A DNA stretch of 63,538 nt, counting the filler, from Pelomyxa schiedti (Eukaryota; Protista; Evosea): assembly GCA_020536535.1 (NCBI GenBank). It is 14 parts of 14 records of this genome, joined end to end, with 100 filler letters (N's around TTAATTAATTAA, not from the genome) between each part and the next. Parts side by side here need not be neighbours in the genome. Positions count along the whole stretch, not along the records: positions 23,115 to 42,749 come from JAHLWZ010001103.1; positions 42,850 to 43,909 come from JAHLWZ010002907.1; positions 44,010 to 45,559 come from JAHLWZ010002427.1; positions 45,660 to 47,014 come from JAHLWZ010002575.1; positions 47,115 to 48,393 come from JAHLWZ010002627.1; positions 48,494 to 54,281 come from JAHLWZ010001471.1; 8 more parts are not named here. One strand, written 5' to 3'. Shown in pieces: positions 37,501-50,141 of the stretch; positions within the stretch are counted from its first letter, which is position 1; each line of letters opens with the position of its first letter. The notes below the pieces were generated by a model that was not told where the DNA came from, made no database searches, and worked only from the letters and a program-made list of their open reading frames with translations. Made by a program: the position numbers and the translations under genes.

Positions 37501-39030
37501 GAAGGTCTTCTCTGAAAGTCAACACCAACGCCTGGTGAAGAAATATTTCACAGATACAGTAACCAAACTTGGTGGATTCTCTTCTGTGTGAACCACAACA
37601 TATTTTCGTACTTGTAATCTAATAGAATCCAGCAATTCCCAGAGGATATTGGCCGAATCCTATTATATGAAATTGAAGTTCAGCAAGTAAAAAAAAGGAA
37701 ATCTACTGTGACACTGTATGACAAAAAGATAGGAAGATAGGGCCTCACTCCTTCCATCTTTAGGAAAGCAGTTGTTTTCAGTGATCAAATTATCCTGGTT
37801 ACTGCAAAAAAAATAAAGCCAAAGGTGGAGATATACGAGAAGACCACGGTCATTAAAATGACAGATGTAGTAGATGTTGTGGATGTAGAGGGTGCAGGTT
37901 TGACGGAATTGTTTTTTATGCCCGTATACTAAAATTCCCAACGCAGATCCAATGCTTCAATTCAATATCAAGTCTGCAAATAAAATCAAGAAAATTACAC
38001 TCAAAATGGGGCTACGGGATAAAAACCGAGCCTTTTCTGCTCTCAAAGACCTTTTGGAACGACGGAAGAATCACATAGGTCGGTAATTTCATTCTGATAG
38101 CAAGTTTATCTAACCTTCTCAGTTTTTGGGTCTAAGCTCAGTGACCTTATTCACAACGAATATCGCGAGCAAATAGGCATCCCGCTACTAGTAGAAAAAG
38201 GCTTCTCTTTCCTCGAAAAATGTACCATCAATACTACAATCACTCAGATAGCAACATCCACTAACCCGGTCTTAGCTTTAAAGATACAAGGTCTTTTCAG
38301 AGTCCCGGGGCACAACCTCGAGATTACGGCACTAAGGAAGCTGGTGCAAGGTATAATTTTACTTTTTTGTAGTAGATATCTCACTCACACCGACTGTTAC
38401 AGAGAACTACGAGTATCAGTTCAAACCGGACCAAGATGCATTCTCTGTATCTTCGCTTCTGAAAGTATACTTCCGGTACGAAAAATTCTCCCATTTCCAA
38501 TCGGCTCATATCAAAACAGTGAAATGGCAGAACCCATTTTTCCCTTTGATTTGTACGTCCCCATGACGGATCTGCATGACACAGGTTTTCAGAAAATAGA
38601 AACAACAAAACAACCACACACAGTACCGGAGGAGGTACTTATAATCATACAATGCACAACAGAAAAAGAGGAATTCATAACGCGAGTTACGCCGATGCTG
38701 AGGGCATTACCGGAATACAACCGCATCACATTGAAGTACACAATGGACTTCTTCCAGAAGCTCATTGGGCACAGGCAAACAAACAAAATGGATGGTATCA
38801 TTATTATTACATCACACATACCGCTACCCCTTTCTAACATACAAACATACAATTAATCCTTCTGCACGGTAATTGAACTCAATTCAGCCAAGAATTTGTC
38901 TATAGTCATAGCACCTAATTTTCTGCGGCCTGCTGTTGAAACACTGGACACTACAACTCAGCTTCCAAAAGTGAACTCTGTATTCGCTAAACTCATTGAC
39001 TCCTACCCGGAACTATCCCAGCTATTCTGA
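34525..39030 (+). CDS. Pro-rich protein with a DH (RhoGEF)-like domain and a RhoGAP domain (multi-exon)
   Basis: DH-like LLYSQRE..LASSYLIPL and VGAIF..FKVYS. RhoGAP FGSKL..IPLLVEK, GLFRVPG, LPEYNR.TL and NKMD-AKNLSIVIAPNFLRP. Stop at 39028..39030. Confidence 0.85.
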
Positions 39031-39181
39031 TTCCTTCAAACAGTAGTCTCACATTTCCCTCAGTTCTGGCAACTAGAGGGGTTGTGTAAGTGAAGAGAAG
39101 TACATAAGCAATAAAGGCTTTTTTCTTTTTGGACTATCGATTTGGTGATATGTCGTTCTACACAGAATAAATGTTCAAACT

Positions 39182-41803
39182 TCAAACGTTTGTGGAGCCT
39201 GGGTTTGAGTTAGGGATTGTAACAACAGAGTGAGGCTGCACACTGTCGGTAACTGTCAGTTCAAACAGTCCGTATTCAGATTTCCACCCAGAAACCAAGA
39301 TGTAGTAAGGGGTACCGAGTTCTGAGTCCCAAGATACCTGTGATTGTACCCCGCAGGTCGGCCAATCGTCACTCCAGACTATGCAGTTGTCTGTGATCTC
39401 GGCACATGATCGTGCAACAGCAATGATTGTGTCGAACTCTGTGTATGAAGTGCAAGTACTGGCGGTGATCTGATTACCGGTGCCCAGAACAGAAAACCAG
39501 AGCCCTTTGTTTTCTTAGAAAGCGGAGATTTGCTATAAACACATACCTGTTGTGCCAATCAAGTTGCACGGTGAGAATGACATACAGGCATTGGTTGTAT
39601 CGCCTTGGTAAGTTTCGGGAACAACCAGAGGATAGGCAGTAGCACATTCACAATATGGATCCGGGGAGACTGTGCCCTGGTTAGTGACAATATGAAATGA
39701 TGTTGTTTGAGGTGAAACTTTCAGAAAAATCTACACGGAAGTCTCCAGTTACATTGACTCCTGCAGTGACAAAAATCCAGTACGACTGTCCTCCAAGCGC
39801 TTGGAACTGTACTGAGCCTTTCCCAGAACACTCCAAGGGATCGCTACAACAGCTGAGTTGCAAAAAAGAGTGATAAAGATAACCTTTGTCGTACACAATG
39901 CTGGGGGGAACACAAGTTGTAGACTTCAATGGAAAAAGGCAGGATCGTGTCGTCGTTACATACAGTGGCGAGGATATTACTCACACTTGTGGCGAATGAG
40001 AGACTGAACCAACGTCCTGGATGGAGGCTTGGTCAGGGCGGAGTATGGAGTAGAAGTTCAAAAACCTTGTCGTAGTGAAGAGTCAGTGGCACAATCCCCT
40101 TCGGTGAATTCAGCGTTTGAGGTTGTCTGTGAAAAAGTCATCGGAAGGGTGGTGACAGGCTCAGCATTCCAGCACACAGAATTGTCAACATTGGAAACTG
40201 TGGGAATGAGAAGCGAGGAAGATTGCTAGAGAATTTCTCTACGTGTATCTACAGAAAGGGTAAAAGCTACACCGTCGCTCCCAGAGCGGTAACCCGAAAC
40301 AGCAATGTAGTAGTACTTGTCGGCTTCAGCACTCCACTCAACCTGGAAATGTGGTGAGTTGTAGTACCCTAGAGCCACAGTACTTTCGAGTGGAGCCCGC
40401 AGAAATCGTCGTTGGCCGTAACACATGATTGAGCAACTGCATTTTCATCACACTCCTCGTAAACTTGAAGAGTAGTATCTCCACTCTATTCATTCAATAG
40501 TACTATAATGAAAAGAATACAAAGAAAAAGCATACAAGGTTATCAAGCACACAAGTCCAGGCAGTAAGTGCTTCTCCAGTTCCAGCTACGACATACCACA
40601 GACCTGGCTTATGGTTAGCTTTGTTTACAGAACCAGTATCTAACTGTTGGTCTGCACGCTGAAGCAGGAGCTGTAGGTGGAGGGAGTGTTGGCCGTGGAC
40701 GCAGCAGTTGTATAGGGAAGGCTGATAATTTTTTCAGCAACTTTGCAGTTATACCAAGTCGGAGAATCCGCTATAAACAGTGAGGGGGTGCTGACACAAT
40801 TTGTGTACCATCCATTACTGACAAAGTGAACTGTCCGCGCAGCAGACCTGGTGATGACACAAATATATAATAAGGTACTCCCTCAAGGGTGGGCCAAACA
40901 ATTTCAGACTGCCAAAGACAAGTATCGTCAACCTAGATGTGGTCAAAGTGGGGAGGAAACAACATGTCACCCACAAAATTAATGCAGGTTCCAGAGCAGT
41001 CGGAATAAAGCTCTATAATAGTGTCAAGCTGCGAGTTTTCACATGTAGATGCTTTGAGGTCTTTTCCAGTACCAAGAACCACGAACCAGAGGCCTATTGT
41101 CCCCTTTAGCTTTGAAGATTTCTTAATAGTAACGCACCTACAGCGTCCATATTACGACAGCCGGAAGTAACTGTTTCTGATTTATCATTGTCCCCAGTGA
41201 AAGTAAAAGGAAGGGAAGAAATTTCTTCAGCCAAAGTGCAAAGGTCATTTTTTTCTCCTGGCTAATCTGAGAATCATTTAAATGTAAAAAAGAAGTGAAC
41301 CTTCATCTGTCAGAGTGAATGAGAAGTCACCAGTGACTTTCCCAAAGCCTGTAACAAAAATATAGTAGGTTTCCCCAGCGGTAGTATTCCAGCGCACTTC
41401 ACTTGAAGTTCCACACGAGTCGTCGTTGTAGGAAAGGCACTGTTGTGCTATGCCTTTGTAGCACTCCGTGAAGACATACAAAGTTGTATCGAGAGTGGTT
41501 TCTCCACAAGTGGAAGCCGCCAATGTTGTGTCCATTGCTGGAGTATACATATAGTATACACCTACGAAGCAAAGTCAATTTTAGTGTGTGCACTGCACCA
41601 CACCAACCTTTTCCAGCAGTATAAATAGGGCTAATAGAGCAGTAGAACTGCGAGATCTCTGAAACAGTGGTAGTTGAATCCACTGTGAACGGCAGTTTCT
41701 GAATACTGTAGGCAGAATCACAGCTGTCGTAGATTTCCTCAGCCGTTACACCCAACAGCACCAGGCATAATATAATGCAGATCTGCCTTACCCTTATCGT
41801 CAT
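39182..41803 (-). CDS. Secreted protein with 5 tandem Cys-containing beta-sandwich (PPC-like) repeats
   Basis: Signal peptide MTIRVRQICIILCLVLLGVTA. Repeated STC..(L/F)DT....C...C..DD.C..S.V.W....YYI.V.G...G.F.L motif across many short introns. Confidence 0.75.
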
Positions 41804-42412
41804 CGTTGTGTTACTCTGTCAGTTTCGTTTTTTTTTTCTTTTTGTTGTTCGTTCGTTTTGTTCGTGTTGTTTTGGCATCTTAAAAGCCGCTCCGAGATCT
41901 GTACAACCACGCGTTATGATTTTAGTCAAATAGGGACACGGCATGTTACGCACTTTGATTGAATGGGAAACATGGGGCGATGAGTGAGGACGTGTTGATA
42001 TTTTTCAGATTTGATTGGTGGACGCGGTTCTGAGGAGACTCGGCTTGTCACTCACCCAGGGCTTCTTGTACGGTACAACTGAAGAGTGCTTGTGCCTGTC
42101 TCTTGCCACTGTTTCTGGTATTCGAAGCATGCACCGCATACCGTATGTACAAGCACACGGTCCCTTCTATGGTACGTGATTGGATCGCCGAAATCCCAGT
42201 TCCGGTGGCCATGAGAGCTGCCACCTCAGAACACCGTGGGGGGAGGGCGAGGGGCACAATCAGGGTGGCTCGGTCAAGGTGTTCTGTCAGTGTTTGAGTA
42301 TGAGTTTGATCTTTCTGTAGTGCTCCCGAACGGAAAAACCCCAGAAACAACGAAACAACAAAACAAAACAAAACCAAAGCGACGAGAAGCAAGCCGGGGA
42401 ATTGGGTCAAAG

Positions 42413-42749
42413 ATGATGCGCATAATTATGTCTGGGCCCCCCGCGTCGGGCAAGGGAACTCAGTGCGAAAAAATAGCAACAATGTACGGCGTCAAGCACC
42501 TTTCGTCCGGGGATCTACTCAGGGCCGAGGTTCGCCTTTCGTTTGTTTTTGCCTTTTCCTTCCTTGTTGTGTTTTGGGTGTATTTATAAATTGTACTTAA
42601 TTAAAATAGGAAACATAATTGTGTCTAGTAATAATAATAAAAAAGGTCGCAGCTGGCACTGAGATAGGACTGAAAGCCAAAGCATTTATGGACGCCGGAA
42701 AACTTGTTCCTGATGATATTGTTGTACCTCTTGTTGCTAAGCAGCTAAT
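42413..42749 (+). CDS. adk: Adenylate kinase, 5' fragment cut by contig end
   Basis: [23 protein letters not shown] and GKLVPDDIV. Intron at 42530..42645. Confidence 0.93.
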
Positions 42750-43109
42750 NNNNNNNNNNNNNNNNNNNNNNNNNNNNNNNNNNNNNNNNNNNNTTAATTA
42801 ATTAANNNNNNNNNNNNNNNNNNNNNNNNNNNNNNNNNNNNNNNNNNNNGGGGGGTGCTGTCATTTGGGAACACATTTTTGAAGATTATTTAACAAGGGG
42901 AAAACTGCTGGGGAAAAGCTAAAAGCTTCGTTCTTTTTTCACGTCTATTTTGCTTAGTGAGCATAGTGATGCTAGATTAGATTTCACAGAATTGGCCCTG
43001 TGCCTGCCTGGTGGTCACAGAAGACAAGTCAACACCTTCCACTTGATCTTATGCATAAGACTGTCTTGAGAGCAACAGGAAATCCAAGCTCAGAACAGAA
43101 AAGAGGAAC

Positions 43110-43909
43110 TCAAAATTGCCTGGTGTAGGGTCCACAGCAGCGGGAGTTGAACAGGTTCATCAGCCAGTGGTGATCATGTTCTTTTGTTATTGGCATTCTA
43201 TCTTCGGCTCCCTTGGGCCATTCAATGCCACAGTGGTTCATAAACCCAGGGTAGAGGGTAGTTCCTGCAGGGCCAGCCCAGTCGAAATCTATCACAAGGT
43301 ACTTGGTTCAACAGGGAAGAATGTTGGGCTCCCTCAAGTCTCCATGCACATAACCATGCTATGAAAAATCCCCATTGCTTTCAGTAAGGCCACTTCAGCT
43401 TGCTTTGATGCATTTTCTTTCTAAAAATAAAAAAGTGGAATAGGTTTTACCTCCGAGTTGCTGAGCGCCTTGGTCTCAATGTACTCCATGACCACAGCCT
43501 GCCAAATAGAATTCAATTTCTCATGTGCCAAGAGAGCTCCATTTTCTGCCAAAATTCTATACACATATTTAGTTCTCAAAGAACAAATTTAATGCTTGCT
43601 CATTATTCCCCACCTATGTGCCTCTACAGAATATGAGTCCGTAAAGTTAACGACAAGGCGAGCTTTTGTGGTAGCTTCCTGTGCCAGGAAAACAGGCTTT
43701 TGACTATTTGGGGCCAGGCGGTTCAAAGATCGAACAGTGAACTGATGGAAGTGAGTGAGGAGCGGGAATCAAAGTGCACTTGGTTTACTGGTTTATGTGA
43801 AAACAAGATTTTAAAGGAAGTGAGATACGGCCAACGTAGTTCATCCCCAGGACCAGGTACCGGTGGCACAGTCAAGCCTCTATAATGCTTCTGCAAATTC
43901 GATACACAT
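43110..43909 (-). pseudogene. Crinkler/fungal-type atypical kinase, disrupted
   Basis: VKFT.SYS.EAH, VVMEY and HGDLREPNIL..IDFDWAG...YP...WP.G...I.KEHD. There is a frameshift before HGYVHGD and an in-frame TGA after NILPC. Confidence 0.75.
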
Positions 43910-44009
43910 NNNNNNNNNNNNNNNNNNNNNNNNNNNNNNNNNNNNNNNNNNNNTTAATTAATTAANNNNNNNNNNNNNNNNNNNNNNNNNNNNNNNNNNN
44001 NNNNNNNNN

Positions 44010-45559
44010 AAGTAGAGGCCAACTGGCTTGCTTGCATGTCAGTATCTTCATTCATATCCTCAATGGGCTCAGAAAACCAAAAGTAATGAGCTTTTCGTGG
44101 AAATCGCTGCAGGTAATTAAGGCTTGAAACTAAAATTTAAGGACTAAAATTGAAGACAACTTTGTAGAGACCATAGATTAATCCAAGAATATCAGCCATT
44201 GCTTCTACAGGTTTTCCAAATTAATACTCATACTTTTTTTTTTGAGGTACTTGGTTGACTGGATGCATATGGCTTAGAAAGGAACCCTTGGAGGACACGG
44301 CTCAATAAGGTGCCAATGATCTCACATGTTGTATTGTTGTGCTCAAATGTATCACTTCCAACAAAATGGCTCAGGTATTGAAAGACATTCTATGGGAATA
44401 TGTTGTTAATTGTGGATAGTGAATGGTCACGTGCCTTGGAAAAAGCAGAGCGTACAGATTCATTACTAAGCTTCAGATCCTGAGGTTTTTTTGAATTGTG
44501 GTTACTGGCGTGCAGAACACACCTCGGACGCTAGAGAAAGGCACAGACTAATGGGGGCAGAGTACGGGTCTGGGATAAACTATCAAAAGACTGGAGAGAA
44601 AAGAAAATAGTGTTACCAGGAAGAGCTGTCATAGTAGCTAACATGTTGGTAGGAAGTCGGACGTCAGGTAAAACACAGTGCATAACTCCAAATAAAATGT
44701 CCACAGAAATCTCAAAAGACTTCTGAGAGCAAGAAATAAAGTGAGTCGAGAGAACCTGTGTGAAGCTATTGGTGCCATTAAAGGGATCTGGGAATCGTCC
44801 ACTTATCATTTGCAGCAAATTGGTGAGCTCTTCAAAGTTCTAGACAAATATCAATGAGCTTTGGTGGGGGAAAAAATATGGTTACCTGCTCCAGCCTTTC
44901 AGATCTTGTGGAACATATTGCGTTGATGCAGGCAGCGAGCCATAAACATTCATCCCGAAACAAGGTCCCAAAATTTCCATTTTCTGATGACAGTATTGCC
45001 TTTTTTTTTTTACAGGCAGAACAAAAGTGGAGCACATACTACTCTAAATCTCCCTATTAACAGGGATAGTAAATTGTTTGGGCGTGCACTCATAAGTGCG
45101 TCAGTGAATTGGTGGATAACTTGACACACTTCTGGATCATATGTAGGGTTATTTTGCTGAGATCCACTTAGAAAATAAAAAAAAGCAGTCAAGTTACTTG
45201 TAAAAAAAGGTGAAATATCAATTCGAGCCTTTCAAAAGTATCAGTAAAAAAATAGTGCATAACAATATTCACAGAGCTTGTCCCTGGTGTGAAAAACTGA
45301 GCCTATAGCACCAGTCATTATTCATGTTATATCACGTAGCAAAAGCTCACCTTTCGCCTTGACTCCAAGAGTAATTCAGCAGCCGACTCTTCGTTTAGAT
45401 CAAGTAAACCACTTATTTCCAAAACCTGTGAAATCGTTTACTAAAACAAGTTTCATGTAAAATTCCAGATACCCTTTGTATTTGTTCCGAAGTGAGGGTT
45501 TCATGTACGCGAGTAAGAGTTCCACTCATAATCCTCCTCTCACAATCTCCTGACCTTGG
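44010..45559 (-). CDS. Internal fragment of an intron-rich helical-repeat protein
   Basis: Short Leu-rich exons bounded by GT/AG. No family recognised. Confidence 0.45.
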
Positions 45560-46802
45560 NNNNNNNNNNNNNNNNNNNNNNNNNNNNNNNNNNNNNNNNN
45601 NNNTTAATTAATTAANNNNNNNNNNNNNNNNNNNNNNNNNNNNNNNNNNNNNNNNNNNNTGTAGAATAATTAACACAAAACAAATGGTGTGTGGGTGTGT
45701 TGGTGAGGGCAGGATCCTGGTCAGTCGGAAGTATCATGCTGAGCAGTCCCTGCAGTTCTTTGTTGTGGATGTTGTGAGTGTTGAGGATGGTGGGACTGCT
45801 TACAACATTGGTTGTTGGACGTACGCTAACTTGTGTGTGCATGCACCATGCCTCGGCTCTGTAACAGCTGCGGCTCCGTTCACCCAATTCGCTTGTGCCC
45901 CATGACCTCTGTGATGTCCAGCCACTTCTTATGGCTCCGCCGCTGCACTCTTGGCTGAGCTTTGCACCCCTTTTTTCTTTCCCGAAAGTGCCTGGATTCC
46001 GTGCTATGGATTCCATACCTCCGCTCCACAGAAAAAAGGTTATGGTTTTTTTGACAAAACCATGCGCAGCCCAGAGTTCTGGAACACGGTGGCTCTGGTG
46101 GTGTGTTGTTTCCAATACATGTTAGTGCACCATATTTGGTGAAAACAAAAACCTTCTAGACTTGCCTTCTTATGGCAAACAGAATCACAAGTTCGGTGCG
46201 TGTGCTGGGATTTGTTGATGTTTGGTGCTGTGGGGCAGTTGGCGTGGCACCGCGGCGGCAGTGTGGTGTTGGTGGTTCATTGAATCGAATCGGGTCGTGC
46301 TGTGGCACTGATGTAACGATTGTGCAGTGACACTAAACCATCAAGAAAAATTGATGACTGCAATGAGGGAGCATGCCATCAGTGAATTTTGCAACAGGAC
46401 CGCGGTGGTGCCGTGACCATTTGCGTTTTTGGTGTTTAGGCATTATATATTTATTATTTTATTCTTACTCTTTTTTAGTTATTTTGTGAGCACTTCGTGT
46501 GGGTGTACTTGTTTTTGTATTAGTGAAACAATGCATTATTATGGTTTAAACTCTTTTGTATTTTTTCATGCCCTGGACCCCTGTTCCCATTTGTTCTTCA
46601 TTGACAAGGAGACAGGGAAACGGCTTACTATACTTACCATACTATGACTGGGTGGCGGGCTGCTGAGATTACAACCAAATCAGCAAGCTCCTGTGGTTTG
46701 TGGGCTTACTGTCAAAGTTGGATCTGCTTATTTATTTTACATACTTGTAGAACACAAGAACAATCCTGGAATCCGTTTATGTCTCTTCTTTTTTTCAAAT
46801 TT

Positions 46803-47014
46803 CTAACTGCTTGCTGTTCTCAGTGCAGCCGGTATGTCAGTGCCTGTTCTCACTAGCTTTGTCACAGCGACAGAAGTTGCATGGCCGTGCTCTGCAGCGA
46901 GCCTGTACCACCTCAGTGCCTCCCTCACATCCCTTGTTCCTGCCCCCTCCCTCACCGTGTAGCACACCGCCACGTTGAACTGTGCTGTGCGGTCACCACA
47001 TGTTGCTGACAGTG
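46803..47014 (-). CDS. SEL1-like repeat protein, 3' fragment
   Basis: Manual translation gives AQFNVAVCY..G..RDVREALRWYRLAAEHGH...*. Confidence 0.85.
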
Positions 47015-47369
47015 NNNNNNNNNNNNNNNNNNNNNNNNNNNNNNNNNNNNNNNNNNNNTTAATTAATTAANNNNNNNNNNNNNNNNNNNNNNNNNNNNNN
47101 NNNNNNNNNNNNNNCCGGCAACCAAACGGCATTAAATTTTATTTGTTCTTCTTCTTTGCAACTGGAAACGGAAGATACAGAAACAACATGTTCCCCGAAA
47201 ATCCACACACTCAGCACCAAGTCAGATCGTCTTGCAGTCGGCACCAACTGAGAGGAGACAAGTGTATAAACAATCAACTCAGTTAATTAATCCTGGGCGC
47301 GTTGGTCCCTTCCCGGTTGGAGGGAATCGACTTCTGAGTCTGACTTAGTGGGATGGAGAGATCCCCACT

Positions 47370-48353
47370 TTGGGTTTCGGCAACCAATTTGGGTACAAAT
47401 TCGGCTCCCCAATGTTCACACAAATTGTCTTAAATCTCCCCGATCCCATCCAAATTGGGGAACTTGCACACACTTTGGAATCAGGGTGTACCAACTCAAC
47501 AACTCCAACAGCATCAACTACTGTAACAACAACCAACGGCCCCGGCAGCAGCGGCAGTGGTTGCAACGTCATCATCGGGAGTGGTGACACGAGCGACGGC
47601 GGAGGCGTGGCGGCGGCGGCTCTGAGAGTCCACGCACAAATCAGCCAGGCTGCGACGTGCACCCCTTCGAGGCATGGGAGGGTAATTTCATCAGATGTGT
47701 GGGTCATGAGCCCCGCGGCGTACTCGCAGGCACCGGGCACCATCGCGTTCGCCGACAGGATGTCACCGGGCATGCACCTCCACTACACTGTTTTGCTCAT
47801 CCCCAACTACAATCACGACGACCGTCGAAAGGCCGGTGAAACGGTGGTCCAGAGTTTCGGGCCTAGCGGGTCGAGTATTGCCTCGGGACGACTACCACTG
47901 TTGCCTGTTGCTGCTGATGACAGTTGCGCTATCGCCGATTGTGTCAACGCGGTCCGGAAAGATGACGGCGATGATGACAGCAGACACATGGCTGCAGTTT
48001 GTGAAGTGGCGAGGCTCACAATCGAGACTGTTGGGAGCACCTTGTGTTGCATTGGACTCGCTGCTCAGCTTGCTCTCTCTTTGTCGAGCACCTGCAGTTG
48101 TCTCAGGAGGGTGTGCGATGCGGATACTCTGTGGCACACTTTGTTCCTGTCTCATCTGCCCGGTGGTGCTCTCACAGTGAGTTTGAGCCACCCGGAATAC
48201 AGTGGGTGTGGATTGTGGAAGACTTTGTATAAAGTTTTCTGTGCCCGCATTTTGCTTAAGGACGATAGCTTCGTCAGGCCTTGCAACGTATGCTCTGCTG
48301 TTGTTTTCCCTTCGTCAAGTTCCTCTGCAATGAGTTCAACAAATGGTGCGTGA
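47370..48353 (+). CDS. F-box-like protein (start uncertain, probably continues past the contig end)
   Basis: LSSTCSCLRRVCDADTLWHTLF...WKTLYK resembles the C-terminal half of an F-box. Confidence 0.55.
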   Translation: MGFGNQFGYKFGSPMFTQIVLNLPDPIQIGELAHTLESGCTNSTTPTASTTVTTTNGPGSSGSGCNVIIGSGDTSDGGGVAAAALRVHAQISQAATCTPSRHGRVISSDVWVMSPAAYSQAPGTIAFADRMSPGMHLHYTVLLIPNYNHDDRRKAGETVVQSFGPSGSSIASGRLPLLPVAADDSCAIADCVNAVRKDDGDDDSRHMAAVCEVARLTIETVGSTLCCIGLAAQLALSLSSTCSCLRRVCDADTLWHTLFLSHLPGGALTVSLSHPEYSGCGLWKTLYKVFCARILLKDDSFVRPCNVCSAVVFPSSSSSAMSSTNGA

Positions 48354-48493
48354 TTTAATCTTACGCTCTGTGACTAACAAGCAAACCATATATNNNNNNN
48401 NNNNNNNNNNNNNNNNNNNNNNNNNNNNNNNNNNNNNTTAATTAATTAANNNNNNNNNNNNNNNNNNNNNNNNNNNNNNNNNNNNNNNNNNNN

Positions 48494-49027
48494 GAGGGCA
48501 CAGTTGGAAGCAAAGCAACAACAGCTCACAGTTGAGTTGAGTGAACAAATGTCTACCAAGCTGGAGGCCAAAGTTGTTGCCAGTTGTGAGCACTATACCG
48601 ACCACACCCCAGAGAATACTCTTAAAGAGGGTACCTGCGGCTACGCCAGCCCTGTCCTGCCCTTCTCAGGTTCCTATTCCCTTCACGTTTTTGTGCTTAG
48701 AGCGATATCCACACAGGGGAAGTGTTCATTGTGTATGACCTGCTTTCTGTGAAGAGACTCACAACATTCCAACTCCAGAATCCCGGCTCAAGTGACCAGA
48801 TAGTGAAGATATTCTCACTGTATGGTGGCAACACCCAAACAGGCCCATGGACCATTGCCCTCGACCGTGCTTCTGCCAAACTGAGTGCCTATGTTGGTGA
48901 GTTCAAAATCCCAAACACCCTTGAAAAGTTCAGGTTCTGGAAGCTTCTTCTGCTTGAAAACAACGGTAGAACCACAGTGGGAAACTGCAAGTTTTGGTTG
49001 CAAGGTGTAGGGTTCCTCGGTTATTAG
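48494..49027 (+). CDS. 3' fragment: coiled coil plus galactose-binding/discoidin-like domain
   Basis: VVASCEH..PENTL, IVYDL, GPWT and RFWKL..ENNG pattern, with one intron near 48631-48700. Confidence 0.6.
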
Positions 49028-50077
49028 ACTTTCCCAAATTTATAATTAATCGACTTCCCAGCACTTTTTGGCGATTTTTTGGTACAACTCAATTTTTCAT
49101 CTGTGGTGGCTGCCAACTGGCAACTGGCAGAACCCACAACAACACAGCCAACACCCAACAAACCACAACTGGCAATAAAAAGTGGGTGGCAGCAATACAA
49201 ACATGTGGATGAAAAAAAGAAATTTTTTTTTTGTGGTGTGGTTGTACGCCCACGCCCACGCCCACGCCCACGCCCAGCAATCCCATTCTCATGGTGGATC
49301 CGTTCTCTCCATCACCCACCACCTACTTCCCTGGTGAAGCAGACGCAGGTTAAAAAAAAAATGGTAGCGAGACCAAACGCAACAAAACACAGAACCACAA
49401 CAGCAAAAAACGAAGATGACCACAGCAATCGCTCGGAGGTGACGCACCGGCCGTCGTCCGACGGACTTAGGTTTTTTAGTTTTTTTCACAGCCCACGAAG
49501 GCTATTTGATTTTCAGTTGCTTTCCATACGTTTCTTTTGATCAAAAAAAACCCTTCGTTGCCCAAAGCATTTTCTTTTTAATTTAATTAACTCAACAAAC
49601 CGCAAAGCCGCTCGTCGGTACGCAAACCAAGGTTTTTTTTTTTTTTTGTTTGTCTCTCTGGTTGTTGTGTTGTGTGTTTATGCGGTGGTGCCATTTTAGT
49701 GGCAAGTGTGCAGGGTTTTTTCAAGGCCACACTGATTGACGTAGTCTGCTCCGTAGTCTCGTTGCCTTTTCTCGTTTTCCCCCACTGTAAATAAAAAGAA
49801 AACCATTTTTTGTAATTTTTCTCTTTTTTTCCCCCGATTGCCAGCTGGTTCGTTTCAGCGTTGTTGGGCAGCCGGTGGTTGTTGCTGCTTGTTGTTGGTT
49901 GGTGTTGCCATTGACGGTTGTCATACTGTTGTTGTTGTTGTTTTTGTTGTTGTTGTCAGTTAGTTGTCAGTTGGCGCAACTCGGAAAACACCAAGTTGTG
50001 GGTGGCAAAAATCGAGTTGTACCAAAAAATCGCCAACAAGTGCTGCGAAACTGATTAATTATAAATTAGGGAAAGTC
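49027..50077. mobile_element. Non-autonomous TIR DNA element (about 1.05 kb) with TA target-site duplication
   Basis: 71-bp terminal inverted repeats at 49027..49097 and 50007..50077 with 7 mismatches. TA flanks both ends. There is no transposase, and an internal (CCCACG)n tract is present. Confidence 0.92.
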
Positions 50078-50141
50078 TATTGAAACAACCCTTGTTTTAC
50101 AACACAAAAATATTTCGTGGTAAAAATTCCAAATTATGTTA

